From Escherichia coli (lineage in GTDB: Bacteria > Pseudomonadota > Gammaproteobacteria > Enterobacterales > Enterobacteriaceae), in the NCBI RefSeq assembly GCF_016026235.1, contig NZ_CP065613.1: DNA of 64,000 bases. One strand, 5' to 3'. Shown in pieces: positions 1 through 9,306 of this stretch (within the stretch, counting starts at the first letter, position 1; each line of letters opens with the position of its first letter). The notes under the pieces were generated by a model. That model saw nothing but the letters and a program-made list of their open reading frames with translations. It searched no databases and was not told the origin of the DNA. Both the position numbers and the translations under genes were made by a program.

Positions 1-367
1 CAATATCATCTTTTTCTGACCGCAATGCCGTCGGTGGCGTCTTCAGAGAACCAGTAATTCTTCCCGGTAGCTTTCCTTTGTAGGTTATCCACACATTCTG
101 CGCCTCTAAAATTATGGGGCGCTTTTCCGGCGACTGCTCATCCCCTTCACATAACCCGGCAGCAACATCCAGGAATACCTGTCTGATTCTCATTCTGGCC
201 GCTGCCTCATAAAACTCCAGCGCGGCACCTTCAACACGGTCCAGCGAGATGTCCAGGTCAAAAATTTCACCGTCAAAGCGTTTTTTGTCCCGTAACGCTA
301 AAGTTACCGCAACTTTATTCTCAAAATTGCGGATCCCTTTCACAATCAGTTCATAGTTTTGTGTCAT
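1..367 (-). CDS. DUF826/YdfR-like prophage protein; the 5' part starts at 367 and the ORF runs off the left edge of the window
   Basis: Hand translation from ATG (complement of 365-367) gives MTQNYELIVKGIRNFENKVAVTLALRDKKRFDGEIFDLDISLDRVEGAALEFYEAAARM..., with no stop before the window edge. It closely resembles Qin prophage YdfR as I recall it. It lies directly downstream of the holin. Confidence 0.5.
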   Translation of the reverse strand, partial: MTQNYELIVKGIRNFENKVAVTLALRDKKRFDGEIFDLDISLDRVEGAALEFYEAAARMRIRQVFLDVAAGLCEGDEQSPEKRPIILEAQNVWITYKGKLPGRITGSLKTPPTALRSEKDDI

Positions 368-371
368 TGAA

Positions 372-587
372 TTACTCTCCCCGCGCAGCCTTACGCTTGT
401 CTTCTCTTATTTTGAAATACAGGTTAGTCAGATATGTCAGCAGCCCAAACAGCAGACTCCCCAGCACGCCTATTGCCGCCCACTGAGACGGGGAAACCCT
501 GTCCAGCAACTGCAGGAACCAGTAGCCCGTTCCCACCGCTGACGTGGTGTATGACACACCTGTTGTGATTTTTTCCATCTGGTCCAT
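372..587 (-). CDS. Class II holin (phage 21 S-type pinholin), 71 aa
   Basis: [71 protein letters not shown] matches the S21 holin pattern. It has two TM segments, a charged C-terminus and a dual-start Met1/Met4 motif. I trimmed it from the 106-aa track ORF. Confidence 0.8.
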   Translation of the reverse strand: MDQMEKITTGVSYTTSAVGTGYWFLQLLDRVSPSQWAAIGVLGSLLFGLLTYLTNLYFKIREDKRKAARGE

Positions 588-894
588 ACCCCGTCTCCCG
601 TTATCCGGAAGCTGACAACAATAAAAAAGCCACCAGTTAACTACTGATGGCTCTGATAACTCATGCAAGCGTCTCAGACGATCCACTGACACTACCGGTG
701 AGTTTAACGATACCTTCCATTTGACTGGCTCACTTTTTATGATGATGCCGGTGCATTTATCTCCAGCACCAGACTTTCTATCTCAACGCCATACGTTGCA
801 TTTTTGGTAATATCCGTCAGCGTCAGTGCATTTAGTCCCACTGCCAGACTGTCTTTTATGGCCTGGAATGCCGGGCCAGTACGATGACGTAGTA

Positions 895-1083
895 TCACTC
901 CGGCTCAGTTGCACCACTGACCACCACATCACCTTCTGCTGCAATCGCCTGCATCAGGGTATAAGGGGTTATGGCCACCGGACTACCAAACGGCTGCCAG
1001 CCCTCTTTCAGTTTATGTGTCAGCTTTTCCGCAAGATCTGACGGCGGCGCCGCCCTGACAACATCATAGTGTTTAAATGCCAT
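895..1083 (-). CDS. Small phage protein, DUF1737-like
   Basis: MAFKHYDVVRAAPPSDLAEKLTHKLKEGWQPFGSPV... contains the EGWQP(L/F)G motif typical of DUF1737 proteins found upstream of lambdoid lysis cassettes. An alternative start lies at 1098. Confidence 0.5.
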   Translation of the reverse strand: MAFKHYDVVRAAPPSDLAEKLTHKLKEGWQPFGSPVAITPYTLMQAIAAEGDVVVSGATEPE

Positions 1084-1343
1084 GGTTCTTTCCACCATCT
1101 AAAAAATAATTCTTTAAAATACCTGACATGTAATACAGAAAAAGCACAAAACCATACATTAAATAAAAACCTGATTATCAAGCAGATATGCATGGATAAA
1201 CTACAAGACGAGATATAAACCACCCTGCATTTAAATAAACAATAAACAACATCAGAAAAATAATTCTGCTCTATGGTTTACATTCAAAAATATCATTTAT
1301 ACTTTTCAGAACATCACCAGCAAGACATAAACAAGGAAACTAA

Positions 1344-1679
1344 ATGAAGTGGATTGTGATTGATACAGTTATCCAGCCATCATGCGGAATATCTTTTTCA
1401 GTCATATGGAGTAAAATAAAATTAATAATCTGGTATCAATCGGATGCTTTCTTACCTCCTGAAAGTATATTTACACTGACTCACACAGGCATCATGCTCA
1501 ATAACAAAGTGCTACCTGTAACCATTTACAACGTAGTACCATTCAATAAAACATTCTGGAATTTAATCAAAAACAGCCAGGAATGCCCTACAAATACAGA
1601 TAACGTATTGAATGAATGCTTTAATAACCGTTGCACTCTGCAAATATGTCCTTATGGACTAAAACAACAAAGTCCATAA
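1344..1679 (+). CDS. Hypothetical 111-aa protein (AT-rich moron, orientation opposite to late transcription)
   Basis: Complete ORF preceded by AAGGA 8 nt upstream and by a promoter-like TTTACA-17nt-TACTTT (about 1288-1316). An 11-bp-stem inverted repeat (ccttatggact/agtccataagg) spans the stop codon. I recognise no homologue. Confidence 0.4.
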   Translation: MKWIVIDTVIQPSCGISFSVIWSKIKLIIWYQSDAFLPPESIFTLTHTGIMLNNKVLPVTIYNVVPFNKTFWNLIKNSQECPTNTDNVLNECFNNRCTLQICPYGLKQQSP

Positions 1680-1699
1680 GGAGTTTACTCACATCTGAC

Positions 1700-1735
1700 A
1701 AAATCAATATAAACAGCCCCTCCGGAGAGGGGCTG
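1700..1735 (-). terminator. Rho-independent terminator candidate in the late leader
   Basis: Hairpin cagcccctc-cgga-gaggggctg (1714-1735). On the minus strand it is followed by TTTATATTGATTTT. Confidence 0.45.
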
Positions 1736-2054
1736 GAGAGTGGCGCTATGTGCCATTGCATGGTGCCGGGTGCCTCCCGGTGAATTCAGTACCAGCACCT
1801 GAATCCGCGATTATCCCATATACCTACTCGCTGATTGCCCCTCCGCACAGGGGGATTCACCATGCCAGTTTCTTTTAACAAACTCCCCGCAAACCAGACA
1901 ACAGTCAACCGCCTGAATTGTGAAGTATTTAAAAATTTCTCCCGCTAACTGATACCCGGCTAACAGTCTGGCGTTTTCTTTTTCAGCAACGGGAAAGCAA
2001 CAACCCTGTTATCGTGTCGTCTGCTCTTCCTGATAAGCTAATGGCGGTTTGTGA

Positions 2055-2130
2055 TGGTGGCCCTTGCTGGATTTGAACCAGCGACCTGGCGATTATGAGT
2101 CGCTCGCTCTCACCACTGAGCTAAAGGGCC
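2055..2130 (-). tRNA. tRNA with CAU anticodon, ileX/ileZ-like (tRNA-Ile2, lysidine type) or Met
   Basis: The reverse complement GGCCCTTTAGCTCAGTGGTGAGAGCGAGCGACTCATAATCGCCAGGTCGCTGGTTCAAATCCAGCAAGGGCCACCA folds as a 76-nt cloverleaf. It has an encoded CCA end and the anticodon loop CTCATAA. It is very similar to E. coli ileX as I recall it. Confidence 0.85.
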
Positions 2131-2167
2131 GGGAGCAGAATAATAACGGTCCGTAATTAATTCCGCA

Positions 2168-2194
2168 ATAAAAAACCCGCTCGGCGGCGGGTTG
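2168..2194 (-). terminator. tR'-like intrinsic terminator downstream of PR'
   Basis: The minus strand reads AACCCGCCGCCGAGCGGGTT followed by TTTTTATT. Confidence 0.6.
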
Positions 2195-2240
2195 TAGAAA
2201 CTCTTCTAACGTCAGGCATAAAACGCCCATAGTTATGACG

Positions 2241-2268
2241 AATTTACCACAGATTCCGGAAAAATCAA
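2241..2268 (-). promoter_or_regulatory. PR'-like late promoter (Q-dependent antitermination site region)
   Basis: The minus strand reads TTGATT-16nt-TAAATT immediately after the Q stop codon. TAAATT equals the lambda PR' -10 element. Confidence 0.5.
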
Positions 2269-2273
2269 CCTTG

Positions 2274-3095
2274 TTACCTAGTTACCTTTTTTAACTGCCG
2301 CTCAGCCCATGCTTCTTCAATATCAAACCGGGTCACCAGCGCATCATAGAATTTCTTAACTGTTTTTTCCCATGACGCGCGTGTTATCTGGTTTGTCACC
2401 TCGCATATAGCATTAAATGCCTCCGTTGATGGTAGTCTTTCATAGCCACGACCACCACAACGCTGGCAGTCTCTGATAACAGGCATACCACGTTTTACCG
2501 ACTCTTCACGATGAATGGCGACACCACGCCCACGGCAATCCTTACAGGCGGTGGAAACCTCACCCTTTCCGCCACACTCCGGACAGGCAACTTTTACCAC
2601 CTCCCTGACTTTTTTCCATTCTTCCCAGTAAGACGGATACACACCTTTCGTACACTTTGCCCATACCGGCGGCTTACCATCCGGATACTGGACCTTGTTT
2701 GTAAAAACTACGCTTTCAATAAATTTTTCCCCATAGCAACAAGGGCACTGCTTTTTACTCGCTGCGCTGCGGGCATAATCCTCAAAAGCGTACGAAGCCA
2801 TAATGCGCATCACTACCGGTTTTATTTCTGCCGGAAGTTTTCTCAACGCCGCCACACGATCGCACCGACTGAGTGCATAATCAGCCAGTAATTCTGTTGC
2901 CCGCGCCCTGTCATTCATACTGATGCCCATTTTCCCCAGGAACGCAGAAAACCCCATCTCAGCCCGATTCTGTGTCATGCCCTGCGCGGCCATCACATCA
3001 GTGATACTCAGCGCATCTTTTGACGTTGAGGCCGATGCATCGGTCAGGCAAGGGGATTTTGGGGAGTAGTATTTCGGTAAATCTTCCAGTTTCAT
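2274..3095 (-). CDS. Late antiterminator Q (Phage_antitermQ family, zinc-finger type)
   Basis: N-terminal YYSPKSP...DVMAAQGM and C-terminal YDALV...KKVTR are hallmarks of the family. It has repeated CxxCxGxG motifs. The ATGA overlap with rusA and the position upstream of PR'/tR' also fit. Confidence 0.8.
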   Translation of the reverse strand: MKLEDLPKYYSPKSPCLTDASASTSKDALSITDVMAAQGMTQNRAEMGFSAFLGKMGISMNDRARATELLADYALSRCDRVAALRKLPAEIKPVVMRIMASYAFEDYARSAASKKQCPCCYGEKFIESVVFTNKVQYPDGKPPVWAKCTKGVYPSYWEEWKKVREVVKVACPECGGKGEVSTACKDCRGRGVAIHREESVKRGMPVIRDCQRCGGRGYERLPSTEAFNAICEVTNQITRASWEKTVKKFYDALVTRFDIEEAWAERQLKKVTR

Positions 3096-3466
3096 TTTTT
3101 GACCTGCTCTTCATGCATTATGGGGTAAATCTTCACCCCCAGACGTCCTCCAGATACTGGCTGACCACGAACGATATTGATTTCATCAAACTGCTCATCG
3201 TCCATTAACACTCCCGCATGTGTCAGTGCATCCAGTGGTGCTTTCAGGATATTGTCCAGGTCACGACGGCGCTTATCCGGTGGCTCTGCAATAATCTTTA
3301 TCGCCAGTCTTCCGGACAGGCTTAATTTCAGTCGCTGCTGACGGACAATAAGCGCCACATCCCGGCGATAACGCTCACCGGCTTTTGATACAAAATATGT
3401 GTTGTCACGACGTCGCCAGTAAGTATTCACCGTCGGCGGATAAGGTAAAATAAACTCATGGCGCAT
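3092..3466 (-). CDS. rusA: Holliday junction resolvase RusA
   Basis: PYPPTVNTYW... DKRRRDLDNILKAPLDALTHAGVLMDDEQ matches the RusA catalytic DxD/K region. Confidence 0.85.
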   Translation of the reverse strand: MRHEFILPYPPTVNTYWRRRDNTYFVSKAGERYRRDVALIVRQQRLKLSLSGRLAIKIIAEPPDKRRRDLDNILKAPLDALTHAGVLMDDEQFDEINIVRGQPVSGGRLGVKIYPIMHEEQVKK

Positions 3467-3723
3467 CAGCGCAGCACCTCCTGCACCAGTTTTTCAAACT
3501 TTCCGACTCTGGTTTCCAGCTCTGCCACACAGTCCACCAGCTCATCTACTGCTTTCTGTGCGCGATGCTTCGCCTGCATCAGTTCCCGAAGCGCGGGTAC
3601 CATATCTTTACGGATAGCATCTTTTGTTATGCCCGTTTTTTCGAGTTGTTCAGCATGACGCAGCATTTCCTGCGCGTGTTTACGCAATTGTTCAGGGGTA
3701 AAAGTCATTGTCTGGTTGTTCAA
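3466..3723 (-). CDS. Hypothetical coiled-coil phage protein (85 aa)
   Basis: ORF translationally coupled at both ends (TGATG and ATGA overlaps) within the PR operon. Confidence 0.5.
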   Translation of the reverse strand: MNNQTMTFTPEQLRKHAQEMLRHAEQLEKTGITKDAIRKDMVPALRELMQAKHRAQKAVDELVDCVAELETRVGKFEKLVQEVLR

Positions 3724-4817
3724 AAGAAACGCTCCATCTTACTGCTGTCAGTTCGTTTATTACTGTATCTGCGCGGATTGCCGGGCTTCATGGGAGTGGA
3801 AAGCACCCGTGCACTTTCCTGGTCCACAGGCAGAAAATGTCCGTTATAAAAACGCCGGTAAATCGTTCCCAGAGAACCGTTACGTTGTTTCGTGATATTG
3901 ATTTCTGCGATGCCCCTGGCCTGCGTATCCGGGTTGTACACTTCATCCCTGTAAAGCATCAGAATGATGTCTGCATCCGCCTCTATTTCTCCGGAATTTT
4001 TCAGGTCTGAGTTCATGGGACGTTTATTGGGTCTGGACTCCACACCGCGGGAGAGCTGGCTCAGCGCAATCAACGGAAAACCACCGGATTTTGCCAGGCC
4101 TTTAAGCCCCTTTGAGATTTCACCCACGGCAAGGTCATGACGCCCCGTGGTTCGGGTTTTTATCAGCCCGAGATAATCAACCACCACCAGCGCCGTTTCC
4201 GGATGTTTAATCAGATGGTGTTTCGTTGTTGCGCATATCTCATCAATGGTCAGGTTCGCCTGGTCCACCATCCAGATATTGCGCCCGGTCATCCGCCCCA
4301 CCCCTTGTGAGAAACGCGCCCAGTCTTCATCTTCAAAGTGAGCCACAGATTTCAGGCGTGATACTGGCATCCCTCCAGCCGCAGACACCATACGTTCACC
4401 AATCTGGATGTTCGCCATCTCCATGGTGAACAGAAGCACACCATGCCCCTGCTCAGTCACCTTGTCGATGATGTCCAGCGCAAGTTCGGTTTTCCCCATC
4501 GAAGGACGAGCCGCAATAAATACCAGGTCGCCGGGCTCCATGCCGCCTGTTTTTGCGTCCAGTTCATCAATACCGGTCATCAACGTCCTGGATTTCTCCA
4601 GTCCCTGATTCCGGCATTCAACACGCTCAACCACCTCCGGAAGCACATCATCAATATGTACCGACTGAATAACGCCCTTTTCCGTCGACAATGAGGCCAT
4701 CATGTTCTGTGCATCCTTAAGAGCATCTTCAGCTGCTTCACAGGTATGCGCATTGAGGTAGCCTGAGTTTAACGGACACTCCTTCCTGAAATAGAATGGC
4801 ATCAGAAGGAGCTAATA

Positions 4818-5120
4818 ATGAGCAGAAAAAACCAACGTTACTCTAAAGAGTTCAAAGCCGAAGCTGTCAGAACGGTTCTTGAAAATCAACTTTCGATCAG
4901 TGAAGGCGCTTCCCGATTATCCCTTCCTGAAGGCACTTTAGGACAATGGGTTACCGCCGCCAGAAAAGGGCTCGGTACTCCTGGTTCCCGCACGGTGGCT
5001 GAACTGGAATCTGAAATTCTGCAACTGCGTAAGGCGTTAAATGAAGCTCGCCTTGAGCGAGATATATTAAAAAAAGCAACAGCGTATTTTGCACAGGAGT
5101 CGCTGAAAAATACGCGTTAA
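4818..5120 (+). CDS. IS600 OrfA (HTH transposase subunit)
   Basis: 100 aa, MSRKNQRYSKEFKAEAVR..., an IS3-family OrfA. It has Asn5 where the other two copies have Thr. Confidence 0.9.
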   Translation: MSRKNQRYSKEFKAEAVRTVLENQLSISEGASRLSLPEGTLGQWVTAARKGLGTPGSRTVAELESEILQLRKALNEARLERDILKKATAYFAQESLKNTR

Positions 5121-5155
5121 TCGAACAATGGCGACAACAATTTCCCATTGAAGCG

Positions 5156-5974
5156 ATGTGTCAGGTATTTGGTGTATCCAGGAGCGGTTATTACAACTGG
5201 GTACAGCATGAACCCTCAGACAGAAAACAAAGTGATGAGCGGCTAAAACTGGAGATTAAGGTGGCACATATCCGCACTCGCGAAACATATGGAACCCGGC
5301 GGCTCCAGACGGAGCTGGCAGAGAATGGCATCATCGTTGGTCGTGACCGACTGGCACGTCTTCGTAAGGAGCTAAGGCTACGCTGTAAGCAGAAACGCAA
5401 GTTCAGAGCGACTACGAACCCGAACCACAATCTGCCAGTTGCGCCAAATCTGCTGAACCAGACGTTCGCTCCTACAGCACCAAATCAGGTCTGGGTGGCG
5501 GACCTGACGTATGTTGCCACACAGGAGGGATGGTTGTACCTCGCTGGCATCAAAGATGTTTATACGTGCGAAATTGTCGGCTACGCCATGGGAGAGCGCA
5601 TGACAAAAGAGCTGACAGGTAAAGCCCTGTTTATGGCGCTCAGGAGCCAGCGCCCACCTGCCGGGCTAATCCACCACTCTGATCGAGGTTCACAGTACTG
5701 CGCATACGATTACCGGGTCATACAGGAGCAGTCTGGTCTGAAAACATCAATGTCGCGTAAAGGTAACTGTTACGACAACGCTCCGATGGAAAGCTTCTGG
5801 GGAACGCTGAAAAATGAGAGCCTGAGCCACTATCGTTTTAATAACCGGGATGAAGCCATCTCAGTAATACGGGAATACATTGAGATTTTCTACAATCGTC
5901 AGCGTCGTCACTCTCGTCTGGGGAATATCTCCCCGGCAGCCTTCAGGGAAAAATATCATCAGATGGCTGCTTAA
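5156..5974 (+). CDS. IS600 OrfB (DDE integrase domain; expressed as an OrfAB fusion by -1 frameshift)
   Basis: 272 aa carrying the rve-type motifs VWVADLTY, HSDRGSQY and DNAPMESFW. Confidence 0.9.
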   Translation: MCQVFGVSRSGYYNWVQHEPSDRKQSDERLKLEIKVAHIRTRETYGTRRLQTELAENGIIVGRDRLARLRKELRLRCKQKRKFRATTNPNHNLPVAPNLLNQTFAPTAPNQVWVADLTYVATQEGWLYLAGIKDVYTCEIVGYAMGERMTKELTGKALFMALRSQRPPAGLIHHSDRGSQYCAYDYRVIQEQSGLKTSMSRKGNCYDNAPMESFWGTLKNESLSHYRFNNRDEAISVIREYIEIFYNRQRRHSRLGNISPAAFREKYHQMAA

Positions 5975-6374
5975 AAAAAGAACAAATGGTAGTGTCCGCT
6001 ATTGCCAGTACACCTCACATCGCGTAATTTCTGTAATGCCTCGTTCAGTGTTTTTTCTGCATCGCGCAGTGCGGCATTGCGCCGCAACGCTGCAACATAG
6101 TGCTCCAGTGAAGACTTCACCCAGGTTTTACGCCCGGTATCAGTAATCACCGGGGCAAGTTCTGGCATCTCATTGCACAACAGCACAGGATCAATCACGC
6201 CGGACACACGGGCCTGTCTGCAGATGCCTGTGTAGATATCCCGGTACGGTCGTACAGAAAAAACGTCCGCCGGTAGTGTGGCCAGAATATCCATCACTTC
6301 AGGATCTGCTCCGCGCAGAAAGAACGCGCCGATGACAGCGCCTTCAAGGTCATCGTTACGCCATACTGGAGTTG

Positions 6375-7253
6375 TCATGCAGCCACACCTCTGATACGAG
6401 AACGGTAACTGGGCCAGTTAAACGACAACCAGTTGCGTCCCCCGTCTGTGATCCTGTCGGCAATTCGGGGACTGATGAACGCCCACAACTCTTCCGGTGA
6501 GAGGTTACTGATCAGAATGGTGGGCAAGATACTTTCGTACCTGGCGTTGATAATTTCCTGCAAAATAGCCATTTCAGCCGCGCTGCCAAACTGAACGCCA
6601 ACTTCGTCGATGATCAGCAAATCCATTGACGCATAACGCTCAATAACTTCATCCGCTGTTTTTTCGCTGTCATTCCGCCAGCAATTTTTCACAGCACGGG
6701 TAAGGCGCATCACGTCGGTGATCTCCACACTGGCCAGATAGTTACGGATGATGTGTTTTGCCATAGCCACAGCCAGATGATTTTTTCCGGTACCACAACT
6801 GCCGGTCATAACAAGACTGGTACCGTTCTCCAGCATATCTGGCCAGTTCTCCGCATAGCGGCGACAGGCCGCAAGATTTCTGGCTGCGTCAGGATTAACC
6901 TCCAGATAATTATCAAACTCGCAGTCCCGAAAACGCAGGGCAATTCCGGCGTTATCAGTCAGCTCTTCCGCCTTGATGGACGACAGCTCCATGGTCAAAT
7001 CGTTGGCCTCAGCGATTAAGCAGTCAGGGCAGCATGAAATTTTTTCTCTGTCCTCGCCATTACGATCGCTCCACACCAGTATATGCGTGTGATATTCGCC
7101 ATGTTTTTCGCAATATCCGCGACCTTCACGCATCAGGCAGGAACGATAAGGCCATGGCTTTTCGCCCTTCTGAGCAAATGCAATCTCTGCCCGTAACTCA
7201 TCCATTCGCGCCTGTAGTCTTTTTTGTTGTTCACGCAGGTTAAACGTCATCAT
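6375..7253 (-). CDS. DnaC/IstB-like AAA+ helicase loader with N-terminal Cys-rich region
   Basis: Walker A is GSCGTGKNHLA and Walker B is LLIIDEVG. GAGGTGA lies upstream of the ATG at 7253, and an alternative GTG lies at 7262. It sits between the O-like and DnaB-like genes. Confidence 0.75.
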   Translation of the reverse strand: MMTFNLREQQKRLQARMDELRAEIAFAQKGEKPWPYRSCLMREGRGYCEKHGEYHTHILVWSDRNGEDREKISCCPDCLIAEANDLTMELSSIKAEELTDNAGIALRFRDCEFDNYLEVNPDAARNLAACRRYAENWPDMLENGTSLVMTGSCGTGKNHLAVAMAKHIIRNYLASVEITDVMRLTRAVKNCWRNDSEKTADEVIERYASMDLLIIDEVGVQFGSAAEMAILQEIINARYESILPTILISNLSPEELWAFISPRIADRITDGGRNWLSFNWPSYRSRIRGVAA

Positions 7254-7263
7254 CGCTGTCACC

Positions 7264-8172
7264 TCAGAATGTCAGTTTGTCACTGGATTTACCGAATTTG
7301 TCAGACATGGCTCCCAGGCCAGCCAGGACATCGACCTGTCGCTGTCGCCCACCTCCGGGAGCGGCTGGCTGTTGCCAGAAGTCTTCGAAGTGACGATCGG
7401 GTCCAAAGAACGTCGCTGCCTGCTTCACGAACTGTGTGCCGTTATTTCCTGTGGCACGTATCCAGGCGGCATACCGCTTCACGCCATCAAGCATGGTCTC
7501 CGGTTTTATTCCCTCCCTGATACGGGCTTTCCAGGCTTTGAAGGCTGCGGATTTTGAGTTACCACCAGCACGTTTTGGATATTCCTGCCAGGCCTGTTCA
7601 AATTCCGGTGAATATTCCTGTCGGGCAGAACGCGCTGGTGCAGACGCGTCAGCGGATGCGCCAATAGTGTTTTTACTCTCTGTAGTATTCTCTGAAGTAA
7701 TCTCTGTTGTATTCTCTGTAAGATCGAAATTGGTTTTCCCTTCTCCGCGGCGAGGGGTTTCCCGTGTCCGCGGTGAAGGCTTTCCCTCCTCCGCGAAATT
7801 GGGTTTTACAGTTTCCCGAAAACGGGTTTCCCCATTTCGGGAAAACTGATTGTTTTCATTGATAATTTCATTAAGGCGCTCACAATCTATACGGTAGAAC
7901 ATTTTGTGCTCAAGACGCTTGTTGGTTTCAACCAAAATGCCTCTGGACACAAGATGCTTACGCGCTACAGCCTGTTGTTCAAATGTAAGTCCGGTTTCGT
8001 GTTGTATCTCTTCACGCGTTTTATGTACGCCTTCCGCTGCATGTGCTTTATCCTGCCAGTAAAAAATCTGACCAAAGAAAATAACAGCGTGCGGACTTCC
8101 CATGTATTTAACGAGCCCAGGGTAATAAGCAACCGGATGTCCAAAATCGAGCAGAAGATCAGACGGACGCAT
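7264..8172 (-). CDS. Phage replication initiation protein (O-like / winged-helix N-terminal domain)
   Basis: Supported by its position upstream of the loader and helicase. The N-terminal region is wHTH-like, followed by an acidic/Thr-rich linker and the C-terminal motif YPKRAGGNSKSAAFKAWKARI. GGGAGG lies 5 nt upstream of the ATG at 8172. Confidence 0.55.
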   Translation of the reverse strand: MRPSDLLLDFGHPVAYYPGLVKYMGSPHAVIFFGQIFYWQDKAHAAEGVHKTREEIQHETGLTFEQQAVARKHLVSRGILVETNKRLEHKMFYRIDCERLNEIINENNQFSRNGETRFRETVKPNFAEEGKPSPRTRETPRRGEGKTNFDLTENTTEITSENTTESKNTIGASADASAPARSARQEYSPEFEQAWQEYPKRAGGNSKSAAFKAWKARIREGIKPETMLDGVKRYAAWIRATGNNGTQFVKQAATFFGPDRHFEDFWQQPAAPGGGRQRQVDVLAGLGAMSDKFGKSSDKLTF

Positions 8173-8392
8173 AGCCACCTCCCAGGCGTTTAAACATTTT
8201 TCCGGACTGAAACGCCACCAGCGGATAACTCAGGGTATGAGTACGTCCCTGAACCTGGCAGACAACCTTCTGGCTTTCTGTATTGACCAGGCAAACCCGC
8301 AGAACGTGGCCGTTGCTGGTGGTGAACCACTGCCCCACTCGGGGGCAACGGTTGTATCGGTGATACAGGGAATTAACGATGCGGCGAATCAT
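8159..8392 (-). CDS. Small phage protein, DUF4222-like (77 aa)
   Basis: ATGA coupling to the upstream Rha gene. GQWFTTSNGHVLRVCLV... follows the same pattern as the ORFs at 9977-10153 and 17560-17802. Confidence 0.4.
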   Translation of the reverse strand: MIRRIVNSLYHRYNRCPRVGQWFTTSNGHVLRVCLVNTESQKVVCQVQGRTHTLSYPLVAFQSGKMFKRLGGGYASV

Positions 8393-8952
8393 GGACGCAC
8401 CTCCTTGTCAGAACCATTCAGCCTGGAATCAACAAGTGCAGCACCAAAAACAGCATCACCTACACGGTCGTACAGTTTGCTGGCCAGCGGAGATTCAACA
8501 GCCTTAAGCATTGGGTAAAGCTGGCTTGTCCAGATTTGATGGATTTCACGCAAATGCAGGTATACGCCTCTGGCGTTTTGTGCGACAGATGACATGTCAG
8601 CCGCACCAGCTCCTGATAAGCTCCTCTCCATCTGGTTAAAGGCATTGATGTATGCCTCTTTGAACCGGGCGGCACGTTTACCAGTGAAGCCCATAGCAAG
8701 GAAGGCGAAGCCGTCGCGGGTGATTTGGTAGCAGGGAAGTTTGCGAGTACCGCCGTTGGGCTGGCGTACCAAAATTGATGTCTCCGCAAAATTGCGGGCA
8801 CAAAACTCTGGAGAACAATCCAAAATGCGGATCTTTTTCAGAACATCGTCATGACGTTTAGAGAAGAAGTTGGCAACAGCCAGGGATGAAGTAACAGCCT
8901 GACCATCAACGATGGCAATTTCAGGTTGAGTGAGGGTTGGGATCGTAGCCAT
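8389..8952 (-). CDS. Phage regulatory protein Rha family (187 aa)
   Basis: MATIPTLTQPEIAIVDGQAVTSSLAVANFFSKRHDDVLKKIR... has the Rha N-terminal signature. AAGAGG lies upstream of the ATG at 8952. It is only the 3' third of the 620-aa track ORF. Confidence 0.75.
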   Translation of the reverse strand: MATIPTLTQPEIAIVDGQAVTSSLAVANFFSKRHDDVLKKIRILDCSPEFCARNFAETSILVRQPNGGTRKLPCYQITRDGFAFLAMGFTGKRAARFKEAYINAFNQMERSLSGAGAADMSSVAQNARGVYLHLREIHQIWTSQLYPMLKAVESPLASKLYDRVGDAVFGAALVDSRLNGSDKEVRP

Positions 8953-9306
8953 GATGGCAGCCTCTTTGGTGATTTTTAATAACTCACCACCAAAGCTTCT
9001 CACGGCAATAGGTGGTGAGACGTACAGGGGTGAGAAACCGGTCACCAAAGAACCCGGCCCAACCGAAGTTGGCCCTGCACGCCCCACCATAATTTGGGCG
9101 TAATGCTGCTCATGACACAAAAAAACCGCAAGAGCGCGGTTGTGCGCTTTGGTGAATTCCGGGTTCTCACGCCCGGCACCCGCTTTATAAGGTGCGGAGA
9201 CAGTGTAACGTCCCGAAATTGCAGAATCAATATCAAAATGTTGTAGCTGTGGACAACGCGAAGCCTTGTTGTTATTGTTTACAACAAGAACCAGAGGAAG
9301 CTTTAA

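Larger units (their letters stand above)
4754..6017 (+). mobile_element. IS600 (IS3 family) copy 1, 1264 bp
   Basis: Ends are TGAGGTAGCC...GTACACCTCA. The 3-bp direct repeat CAT flanks it at 4751-4753 and 6018-6020. It has an orfA/orfB organisation with an A7G slippery run at 5069-5076, and orfB lies in the -1 frame. Confidence 0.95.
3720..6378 (-). pseudogene. Phage DnaB-type replicative helicase, split by IS600 (N-terminal part 6018-6378, C-terminal part 3720-4753)
   Basis: The N-terminal fragment ends ...LQKLRD. The C-terminal fragment continues AHTCEAAEDAL... and carries Walker A (ARPSMGKT), the RecA-like DnaB C-terminal domain and VVVDYLGL. Removing the IS and one CAT duplication restores the reading frame. 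Confidence 0.85.

Noticed and set aside
1100-2054. Possible Shiga toxin (stxAB) genes downstream of Q and the tRNA
   Set aside because: No ORF on either strand resembles StxA (about 315 aa) or StxB (about 89 aa). The only sizeable ORF is an unrelated 111-aa plus-strand ORF.
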